In this document: piece after piece, positions 1-7,059 of the stretch
How the letters are laid out: every line of letters begins with the position of its first letter
How positions within the stretch are numbered: the first letter of the stretch is position 1
Source: Sideroxydans sp.
Lineage (GTDB): Bacteria > Pseudomonadota > Gammaproteobacteria > Burkholderiales > Gallionellaceae
DNA: 64,000 bases
Assembly (NCBI GenBank): GCA_013791855.1
Contig: VMTA01000018.1
Span: 117,659-181,658, forward strand
Direction of reading: 5' to 3'
Notes under the pieces: generated by a model
Databases searched by the model: none
Told to the model about the DNA's origin: nothing
The model's input: only the letters and a program-made list of their open reading frames with translations
Program-made: the position numbers and the translations under genes

Positions 1-3
1 TTA

Positions 4-510
4 TTGGCCATGCTGACCTTCTGGCCTGCTGTTAGCCACGCTGCCCCATGCAAACCACAATTCGAAGGCGCCTTCTGGGCGGAGAAGGATCTACGGATCG
101 TGGGGCTGGATGCGGTTTACAGTGCTTGTCCGAGCTGGTTCAGCGGGGTGCGCGTGGGCGCTTCGTATTTCGCGGATGAGCGGTTCGAATACAAGGGCGT
201 GACCAGCTCGGCGCGCTTGCAGGTCGGGGAACATATTTCGCCGTTCGTGGGGCTTGGGGTGCTGGTCGGCATGGCCAGCCATGAGGTGGATGCCTCGACA
301 GACAAGCTAGACAACGACCGCAACGGGCAGATAGACGAGCCGGGCGAGATGTATATGAAGCATGAGTTCAGTGCCGTGCTGTATCCGGAGATCGGAATCG
401 CCTGGTACACACGGGTGATCGGCATCACGCTTTCCGCGCGGCGTTATTACAGCTCCACCTTCTCCGGCAACATCATCTACAGCCTCGGCTTCAGTTATCC
501 GCTCGAATGA
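4..510 (+). CDS. Hypothetical exported/outer-membrane beta-stranded protein, 5' end probably cut by the window edge
   Basis: Signal-peptide-like end (LTFWPAVSHA), alternating beta-strand pattern, C-terminal LGFSYPLE, acidic DKLDNDRNGQIDE loop; frame open from base 1. Confidence 0.6.
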   Translation: MAMLTFWPAVSHAAPCKPQFEGAFWAEKDLRIVGLDAVYSACPSWFSGVRVGASYFADERFEYKGVTSSARLQVGEHISPFVGLGVLVGMASHEVDASTDKLDNDRNGQIDEPGEMYMKHEFSAVLYPEIGIAWYTRVIGITLSARRYYSSTFSGNIIYSLGFSYPLE

Positions 511-572
511 GTCGCTGCAGACTTGATCTGCTGACTCAACTGCCTTGGCTGCGCACGACCCCTTCCTATCCC

Positions 573-1004
573 TTACTTGCTAGCGATGCCGGAATGCCTG
601 CGTGATCTCTCGTATAGCAGGGTGCCGATGCCGACGCCCACGCACAACAGCCCGAAAGCGCCCAGCGCAAGACTGCCCAGCCACAGCTCGATGAATACAT
701 TGACCCGCGCATTGGCCGGGTCGCTGTCGTAGTAAAGCACCTGCACCGATTCCCCCTTAGCGAAGTCGCCGGCGCCGGATGTGGTGAAGCGGTGGATCTC
801 ACCCGAGGCGGTGACGAATTCGATCACGGGATAGTCTGTGCTGCCGCCCTTCGACGAACGTCGCTCGAAATCCACCACGGTGCCGGGAACCTTCACTGCG
901 CTGGAGATCAACTCGCGCGTGTCCACATACATGTATGCAGCCCCGGCGAGCAATGCGGCCCCAACGGTCAGCGACAGGGTCGCAGTGGTCTTGTGGCTAC
1001 TCAT
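573..1004 (-). CDS. DUF3592-like membrane protein
   Basis: TM - GTVVDF...YPVIEFVT..G...F...GESVQVLY..DP..ARV - TM pattern; start moved to ATG 1004 (MSSHK). Confidence 0.7.
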   Translation of the reverse strand: MSSHKTTATLSLTVGAALLAGAAYMYVDTRELISSAVKVPGTVVDFERRSSKGGSTDYPVIEFVTASGEIHRFTTSGAGDFAKGESVQVLYYDSDPANARVNVFIELWLGSLALGAFGLLCVGVGIGTLLYERSRRHSGIASK

Positions 1005-1093
1005 GGTTGACTCCGTGATTGCAGTTCGCAAATACAAACGGCTGTTGCGCTGAAGGTGTGTCCAAAGATACGCGGCGCAACAGTACACATAGG

Positions 1094-1846
1094 TCAGGCC
1101 TCGTTCTTACCCGCCCCGCAACACTTCTTGAATTTCCTGCCGCTGCCACAGGGGCAGGGTGCATTGCGGCTGATGTTCTTGGGCATGTCTTCAGCATCGC
1201 CATTGGCGTTATCCGCTGCGCGACGTTGCGGTGCCCAGTACTTGTAGATCGCGGCGACGCTGGCGGGGATGGTCTTCGATAGCGCTTCGCGTTGGGCGGG
1301 CGTTTCTATCAGTGCTTCTTCTTCCTCGGTGATGTCCGGCGAGCCGAGCAGGTAGAGGGGGCGCAATACTTCGGCGGCGTGTCGGGCTTCGAGCAACTTC
1401 TTCCAGTTGTTGCGCTGCAGGGCGATGCCGGTCATGTAGCCGTGTGCCCAGTTCTCGCCGTCCATGTATTCGTGCTCGTCGCCTTCGTAGACGTTCAGGT
1501 CGAAGATGGGCTCGAAGCTTTCCAGTTCCTGATTCATGCTCCACACGGTGGCGTTCAGGTGGCGCGTCAGCAGGTCGGTGATCGTTTCTTGCTGCGCGTC
1601 GTTGGAGAACTTGGGTGCGTCGCTTGCGCTGGGTCCCCACACGCGCGGCATCCATGCGTCCTGCTCAGGCAGTGATGGGCCGGAAGCGAGGGCGGTGAAG
1701 AAGCCGTCCAGTTGGTCGAGCATCATCACTTCGCTGCTGGTGGCGTCGGACATCAGGAAGTTGTCGAGCGCTTCCATCTCCTGCTCGGAGAGTGCGGGTT
1801 GGGCGGGGGTGGGTTCCTGTGCGGACATGAGGGCGCTTGCTTCCAT
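1094..1846 (-). CDS. yecA: UPF0149/YecA family protein with C-terminal SEC-C metal-binding motif
   Basis: LDQLDGFFTAL..GP, WAHGYM.G, C-terminal RNAPCPCGSGRKFKKCCG. Confidence 0.85.
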   Translation of the reverse strand: MEASALMSAQEPTPAQPALSEQEMEALDNFLMSDATSSEVMMLDQLDGFFTALASGPSLPEQDAWMPRVWGPSASDAPKFSNDAQQETITDLLTRHLNATVWSMNQELESFEPIFDLNVYEGDEHEYMDGENWAHGYMTGIALQRNNWKKLLEARHAAEVLRPLYLLGSPDITEEEEALIETPAQREALSKTIPASVAAIYKYWAPQRRAADNANGDAEDMPKNISRNAPCPCGSGRKFKKCCGAGKNEA

Positions 1847-1883
1847 TAGGTGTGTTGTGCGAGTTGAACAGCGGCGCGCCGTG

Positions 1884-2756
1884 TCAGGCGTAGTCGATGT
1901 CCTGCTCGCTGCCGATGTATTGGTCTTGCAGGGTGGTGAGCAGGGTCTTGGCCTTGGTCTTGCCGTACAGTTTCTTGACGATGGTGTCGCGCAGTTGCTC
2001 CATGCGCTCGCGCAGCAGGGGCTGGAATTCGGGCGGGATCTTTTTCAGGAAGGTGTTCCAGCTGGCATCGACATCGGGCTTGGTGTCGCGGATGTGGGCG
2101 ATGAGGTTCTCAAGTGGCCGTTGTGCGGTGCGCGCGACGATGCGTCCATCGCCGTACAGTGCGAACAGTACGGCCACGGTCATCGCGGCACTGGCATCCA
2201 TCTCGGAGTCGCGCACCACGCCGCCGGCGTTGTGCTTGCGCAGCCATTTGCCGCAGTCGATGTATTGCTGGTTGCGTTTCCGGTCCGCCAGCTCGTTCTG
2301 AAAGACGGCATCGCCCGACCAGCTCGATGCCGGATCGGCGCTGCATATCTCCATGAAGATCGCTTTCAGGTTGCGTTGCTGCACGAAGGGATCGTTGTCG
2401 AAATCGGAGACGTAGGCGGTGTAGGGCAGGGCGGACAGTTCCTTCATGTGGCGGAAGCCCATCTGGAACACGTATTCAGCGCCGTGTTGCAGCAGGAAGG
2501 AGAGTTTGGCCTCGCCGGTGTCGGCGATGTCCGCCTGACTGATCGCCAGCGAGATGCAACCCACCGTGAGATGGAACGCTTCGTGGATGCCTTCCGCGGT
2601 GCGGTCGTTGGTGAACTTCTTCGCGACCAGCACGTTGATACCGCACAGTTCGTCGAACAGGATGCTGGCTGCTTGCTGATTGTCCGCGCGCTGGCCGAGC
2701 GCTTCCAGTGCTTGCACAAGCTGGGGCGTGCGGGCGGTGTAGCTGGTGATGTTCAT
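1884..2756 (-). CDS. Conserved hypothetical protein, AtcC-like by position in the J-domain operon
   Basis: 290-aa ORF with host-like codon usage; 1-nt overlap with the upstream gene; fourth gene of the operon. The Atc label is positional inference. Confidence 0.55.
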   Translation of the reverse strand: MNITSYTARTPQLVQALEALGQRADNQQAASILFDELCGINVLVAKKFTNDRTAEGIHEAFHLTVGCISLAISQADIADTGEAKLSFLLQHGAEYVFQMGFRHMKELSALPYTAYVSDFDNDPFVQQRNLKAIFMEICSADPASSWSGDAVFQNELADRKRNQQYIDCGKWLRKHNAGGVVRDSEMDASAAMTVAVLFALYGDGRIVARTAQRPLENLIAHIRDTKPDVDASWNTFLKKIPPEFQPLLRERMEQLRDTIVKKLYGKTKAKTLLTTLQDQYIGSEQDIDYA

Positions 2757-3565
2757 CAGGAGAAGATGTCCTCGCCCAGACTCGGACGTGCGCCCGGTTT
2801 AGCTGGCGTGGTGGCTTTGCTCGGCACTTGTTTGCGCAGGCGCAGCAACAGTTCCTTGGTGCTGCGGCCCATGGCGAACTGGCTTTCGCGCGACTCTTCG
2901 TCTTCTTCTGGATCTTCGTCGCTCTCTTCGTCCGGGCTGGGGTGCAATTCGTTCTCGCCGGGGCGCCAGTCGGGGAAGATCTCGAACAGGATGTTGTCCC
3001 ACGCTTCCTGGTCGTTGCGGATGATCTCCAACGCCAGCGGGATCACATCATGGTCGGAGGTGGTGCTGCCACTGCGCGGGGCACCGAGATTCTGGATGTC
3101 GTTGGCGATCTCGATGATCTCGTCGATGGCGGTGGAGAACATCACGGCAAAGGCGGTCGTTCCCCAGTCGGTGGCGAGTGCCGCGTTGAGCAGCTCGGCA
3201 CGACGGTCTTCGTCTTCGGTGGCGTACAGCATGCCGTGGATGTGCGCGAACAGCGATTCGGTGAGCACTTCCGGTTCGTCTTCGATCCAGTCTTCATCCC
3301 AGGTGGCGGCGAAGTAGGCGAGACTCTCGGCCCAGGCTTTGGGCGAGATGAGCATGGTCGCCAGCGATAGCTTGCCGCCGTCGAAGGACGACAGGTGCAG
3401 CGAGGCGACATGCGCTTCCAGCGCGTTGAGCACTTCGACCACGGCGAGGTCGCCGAACTTCTCGGCGGTTTCGTTGATGGCTTCTTCTGCATGCTCGGGC
3501 GAGCCGGCCAGCACCAGTTCGGTGACTTGCAGGCTGATCGCTGGAAGCTGGGATCTGTCAGTCAT
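2756..3565 (-). CDS. Acidic hypothetical protein, AtcB-like by position
   Basis: Start at ATG 3565 (MTDRSQ), overlapping the upstream gene by 8 nt; acidic tract DEESDEDPEEDEE; third gene of the operon. Confidence 0.55.
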   Translation of the reverse strand: MTDRSQLPAISLQVTELVLAGSPEHAEEAINETAEKFGDLAVVEVLNALEAHVASLHLSSFDGGKLSLATMLISPKAWAESLAYFAATWDEDWIEDEPEVLTESLFAHIHGMLYATEDEDRRAELLNAALATDWGTTAFAVMFSTAIDEIIEIANDIQNLGAPRSGSTTSDHDVIPLALEIIRNDQEAWDNILFEIFPDWRPGENELHPSPDEESDEDPEEDEESRESQFAMGRSTKELLLRLRKQVPSKATTPAKPGARPSLGEDIFS

Positions 3566-4079
3566 TACCGTCTCCGCGTGTGTCGAACAGGTGTTCGATG
3601 TTCTCGCCGTGCGTGCCCTGCTCGTCGTCATCTTCCATGTCGTTCTCTTTGTCTTCCTCTTCCTGCAGGGCGTCGAGCGAATGATCTTCGTCCTTCCAGC
3701 CTTTCGGATGCTTGAACAGGTAGGCGGTGATGATCGCCTTGCGCGCCAGTTCCGGATCGGCTGCGAACACGGCGGCCAGCGCATCGCTCGATGAGGAATT
3801 GGCGCAAGACACCATCTGCATCACCTTGGCGGCATCGCCTTCTTCATAGTTTTTCGCTTCGGCTAGCAGCCCCGCTGTGTTGCCGAACACCAGATGGTCG
3901 ACCAGCGCGAAGCTCAACATGTTCACATCGTCGATCACCGTGCCATTGGCGTACTCGCCGATCAGGGAGGCGATGACACGCTCGTAGCGCTTGCGGTCGG
4001 GCGGCTCGCCCAGTGTGTCGCTGATCTGGTAGCCGAGTTCGCGGGTCTGGTAGTGGAATTCTGGATGGATACTTTTCAT
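3558..4079 (-). CDS. Acidic hypothetical protein, AtcA-like by position
   Basis: Start at ATG 4079 (MKSIHP); acidic C-terminal tail; second gene of the operon. Confidence 0.55.
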   Translation of the reverse strand: MKSIHPEFHYQTRELGYQISDTLGEPPDRKRYERVIASLIGEYANGTVIDDVNMLSFALVDHLVFGNTAGLLAEAKNYEEGDAAKVMQMVSCANSSSSDALAAVFAADPELARKAIITAYLFKHPKGWKDEDHSLDALQEEEDKENDMEDDDEQGTHGENIEHLFDTRGDGND

Positions 4080-4098
4080 GGTGGTCTTCTTAAGATGT

Positions 4099-4398
4099 TT
4101 AACGGTCGCTGCGCGGCTGTTCGATGCCGCAACGGGTGAATAGGGCGCCCCACAGGTTCTGTGCTTCCTGCGCGGGGTCGATGACGATGCGATTGTTCTG
4201 GCTGTAGTTGTACTCCGCGCGCTTCTGCGGGTCGGACAGCAGCTCGTACGCCTTCTTGATCGCGTCGAATCTGCGTTCAGCGCTGGCGTCTGGGTTGCGG
4301 TCCGGGTGATGGCGCATGGCAAGTGCGCGGTATGCCTTCTTGATGTCTTCTGTCGAAGCGGTCGGCGAGACGCCAAGAATGTTGTATGGATTTTCCAA
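4099..4398 (-). CDS. atcJ: Short J-domain co-chaperone, AtcJ-like
   Basis: NPYNILGV...[17 protein letters not shown]...[14 protein letters not shown]-domain with HPD; C-terminal P-AQEAQNL-W (PX7W); AGGAGG 5 nt before a TTG start at 4398. Confidence 0.75.
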   Translation of the reverse strand: MENPYNILGVSPTASTEDIKKAYRALAMRHHPDRNPDASAERRFDAIKKAYELLSDPQKRAEYNYSQNNRIVIDPAQEAQNLWGALFTRCGIEQPRSDR

Positions 4399-4422
4399 TG
4401 AAGCCTCCTGCAAGGCGCGCGA

Positions 4423-4431
4423 TTTTACCAA
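4423..4431 (-). promoter_or_regulatory. Extended -10 promoter of the J-domain operon
   Basis: TGGTAAAAT (TGn + TAAAAT) on the minus strand, about 25 nt upstream of the TTG start. Confidence 0.5.
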
Positions 4432-4560
4432 GTTCCTTCAAGGACTGTTGAGGTTCCACTCGATGCGGCAGGAACGGGCTTTGAGCAGGAATCCGGCACC
4501 CAAAGTGAACAGCGGCCGCTGCTCGCGCAACGACCGCTGTGCTTTTGCGGGGAAATGTAC

Positions 4561-4827
4561 TTACTTTTTGGACTTCTTGTCTGCCATGGCCTTGAACTTG
4601 CCCGTTTCCTCGATATGGGTGTTCAGGGCTTTCATGTTCTTGCGCCATTCCTGCAGTTGTTCGTCTTCCACTTCAAGCTGGATGGCGAGCGCTTCTTCGC
4701 GGGTGAGTTTTTCCTTGTGCAGGCGTTTGGGTAATTTGCCGCTCATGCGTGAGAGCAGGCGTTCGGCTTCTTCTTCGCTGAGTGCGCGTGCTTTAGCTTC
4801 GTATTCCGGGCTGCTGATCTTTGCCAT
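4561..4827 (-). CDS. Small charged helical hypothetical protein (88 aa)
   Basis: AGGAGG RBS upstream (minus strand), host-like codon usage. Confidence 0.7.
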   Translation of the reverse strand: MAKISSPEYEAKARALSEEEAERLLSRMSGKLPKRLHKEKLTREEALAIQLEVEDEQLQEWRKNMKALNTHIEETGKFKAMADKKSKK

Positions 4828-4854
4828 TTGAGATTTCCTCCTGAGGGTTCTTTT

Positions 4855-5250
4855 TTATTTTGTCAGCAACACCAGACCCCACACCACGCAGACATTGAGC
4901 AGGCTCACCAGCACGGCAGAGCTGCCGATGTCTTTTGCGCGTTTGGCGAGGTCGTGGTTCTCCAGCGATATGCGATCCACGGTGGCTTCGATGGCGGAGT
5001 TGATGAGTTCGACGATGATGACCAGCAGCACGCTGCCTATCATCAGTGCCTTGGCGATCATCGTCACCGGCAGCCAAAGCGCGAGCGGGACGAGCACGAT
5101 GGCTAGCCACACTTCCTGGCGGAAGGCGTCTTCATGTTTGTAGGCGGCGCGGAAACCTGCGATGGAGTAGCCGAAGGCGTTCCACAGGCGTACGAGACCG
5201 GTCTTTCCTTTGTGGGGACTTTGCAAAGTTTGCTCCTGAAGCGTTGTCAT
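4855..5250 (-). CDS. dgkA: Diacylglycerol kinase
   Basis: KTGLVRLWNAFGYSIAG...E.AFRQE...VELINSAIEATVDRIS...LAKRAKDIGSSAV; start ATG 5250. Confidence 0.95.
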   Translation of the reverse strand: MTTLQEQTLQSPHKGKTGLVRLWNAFGYSIAGFRAAYKHEDAFRQEVWLAIVLVPLALWLPVTMIAKALMIGSVLLVIIVELINSAIEATVDRISLENHDLAKRAKDIGSSAVLVSLLNVCVVWGLVLLTK

Positions 5251-5281
5251 ATTGGGCCCGATTGGGTTCGAAACTATACAC

Positions 5282-5312
5282 AAAAAAGAACGCGCACCAG
5301 ACAGCGTGCGCG
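5282..5312 (-). terminator. Intrinsic terminator after the olsB-like gene
   Basis: CGCGCAC/GTGCGCG stem followed by TTCTTTTTT on the minus strand. Confidence 0.65.
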
Positions 5313-5339
5313 CAAGGGAGGAGAGAACATGCAGCGTGC

Positions 5340-6101
5340 TTATGCCGCCTTTCTGAGGAAGTGCTTGGCATAGCGCGCGTTCATGCGCGACACCGGCATC
5401 AGGATCAACAGGTCGGCACAGTTGAAGTCGGGGTCCCATGCCGGTTCGCCGGCGATGTAGGCACCGAGGCGCAGATAACCTTTGATCAGCGGCGGGATGG
5501 TGACTTCCAGATCCTGTTGCAGCGATTCCAGCGGCAGGCGGCAGTGCGGGAACACGGTGTATTCGGACGGTGCGGCGTGCAGCTTGTGCACCTTGTTGTA
5601 CACGCTGGCGGCGTAGTGGCCGCCGTCGGCCATGCTGATGCTGGCGCAGCCGATCAGGTATTCGTGGTTGTGTTTGCCGATGTAGTCGGCCAGGCCGCTC
5701 CACAGCTGGGTGATGGTGGCGCCGTCGCGATAGTCGGGGTGCACGCAGGAGCGGCCCACTTCCACCATGCGGTCGCGCAGGTTCTGCAGACGCGACAGGT
5801 CGAACTCGGTCTCGGAGTAATAACCGCCGGCATTGACGGCCTGCTCGGGCGGCAGGATGCGGTAGGTGCCGACGACTTTGTCGTTGCCGTGGTCGCGCAC
5901 CAGCAGGTGGTCGCAATATTCGTCGAATCGGTCGATGTCCAGACCGAGTTCGGCGCTGGGCAGGTTGGCGCCCATCTCTTCGCCGAATACCTTGAAGCGG
6001 ATGCGCTGTGCTTCGGCGATCTCGGCCACCGAGCGTGCCATGTTGAAAGTGAGGCGGCGCGTAGTTTCCTGTTTCTGCTGCTGACGGATCAGATCCAACA
6101 T
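5340..6101 (-). CDS. olsB: GNAT-family ornithine N-acyltransferase, OlsB-like
   Basis: AQRIRFKVFGEEMGA...DIDRFDEYCDHLLV...VVGTYR...YYSETEFDL...VEVGRSCVHPDYR...YLIGCAS...PPLIKGYLRLGA. Confidence 0.8.
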   Translation of the reverse strand: MLDLIRQQQKQETTRRLTFNMARSVAEIAEAQRIRFKVFGEEMGANLPSAELGLDIDRFDEYCDHLLVRDHGNDKVVGTYRILPPEQAVNAGGYYSETEFDLSRLQNLRDRMVEVGRSCVHPDYRDGATITQLWSGLADYIGKHNHEYLIGCASISMADGGHYAASVYNKVHKLHAAPSEYTVFPHCRLPLESLQQDLEVTIPPLIKGYLRLGAYIAGEPAWDPDFNCADLLILMPVSRMNARYAKHFLRKAA

Positions 6102-6111
6102 CGTCTTGCTC

Positions 6112-6918
6112 CTAAGTTGTCGATGGGAGCAGATTAGTGTCTGAATGTTGCGTGTCGGTTAACGCAATATGAAGCTTGTGTGACTCGGCTTGTTGCAGCG
6201 CGGCACTGATCGATTCATGCGCACGCCGGGCCAGTTCGCGGCGCTCGAAATCGGCAGCGTGCAGCGTGGGAGTGGGTATCAAGCGCACATGCAGCCTGGG
6301 TGTGTTGAGCAGCGTCCACATCGAAGCGCCGAAGGAGATGTTGTCGAAGTAGGCGGCGGCGGTGCTGCGTGCACCGCTTTCGTCCTGATAGCGGATGGCG
6401 ATGGGATGCAGCGCTACGCTTGCGTCGATGGCCGGTTGCAATAGAAAGGCGTGGAAGTGCGCGACCTGTGCCCCGTCGGTGCTGGTGCCTTCCGGGAAGA
6501 CGGCGAGGCATTCGCCTTGCTGCATCAAGTCGCCCAGTTGTTTATTGATACGGGCAGCGGCGCGTGCGTTGCCGCGCTCGATGAACAGCGTGTTGGCGCG
6601 CGCGCACAGCCAGCCGATGGCCGGCCAGCGCCGCACTTCGGATTTGGCGACGAAGCGCATCGGTACCACACTGTTCAATACGAACACGTCCAGCCAGGAG
6701 ATGTGGTTGCTGACGATGAGGCCGTTGCGCAATGCGCCCAGATCTACGGCTTGCAGCTTGACGTTGAAGATGTTGAGCAGATCGGCAGACCAGTTCTGCA
6801 GGATGGTGCGGCGCATGCCTGCAGGAAGTCGTGGATAGATCAAGGCCATGAGCAGGCCGTAGGCTATGTGCAACGCGAGGCGGAGCGCCCGGAACAGGGC
6901 GATGGATCTTTGCAGCAT
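6112..6918 (-). CDS. Lysophospholipid/lyso-ornithine lipid acyltransferase (PlsC/OlsA family)
   Basis: NHISWLD (HX4D), FVAKSEV, FIERG, VFPEGTS motifs; adjacent to the olsB-like gene. Confidence 0.85.
   Translation of the reverse strand: MLQRSIALFRALRLALHIAYGLLMALIYPRLPAGMRRTILQNWSADLLNIFNVKLQAVDLGALRNGLIVSNHISWLDVFVLNSVVPMRFVAKSEVRRWPAIGWLCARANTLFIERGNARAAARINKQLGDLMQQGECLAVFPEGTSTDGAQVAHFHAFLLQPAIDASVALHPIAIRYQDESGARSTAAAYFDNISFGASMWTLLNTPRLHVRLIPTPTLHAADFERRELARRAHESISAALQQAESHKLHIALTDTQHSDTNLLPSTT
6131..6184 (-). promoter_or_regulatory. PhoB-box-like array of four 11-bp-phased half sites plus a -10 box, upstream of olsB
   Basis: Minus strand GTCAC-N6-TTCAT-N6-TTAAC-N6-GCAAC-N10-TAATCT. 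Confidence 0.6.
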
Positions 6919-6924
6919 GCGTGC

Positions 6925-7059
6925 TCAGTCCAGCGAGAAGATGCACAGGGTGCAGAAGAAGGTGAGCGTGGCGTTGAAGCCTTTGGACATCAGCAGGCCG
7001 GGGATGCTGATGCGGCCATCTGCATGGTGGATGGATGCCTGGCGAGTGCTTCGCTTCAT
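6925..7059 (-). CDS. 44-aa microprotein MKRSTRQASIHHADGRISIPGLLMSKGFNATLTFFCTLCIFSLD
   Basis: AAGGA RBS, ATGA overlap with the upstream stop, ends 7 nt before the acyltransferase ATG. Confidence 0.55.
   Translation of the reverse strand: MKRSTRQASIHHADGRISIPGLLMSKGFNATLTFFCTLCIFSLD

Noticed and set aside
1536-3317. 593-aa + strand ORF
   Set aside because: Antisense shadow of the yecA/atc-like genes; no recognisable motifs; long shadows are expected at this GC and codon bias
4855-5916. Apparent 353-aa N-terminally extended DgkA
   Set aside because: The extension runs out of frame through olsB and across a terminator; the real start is ATG 5250
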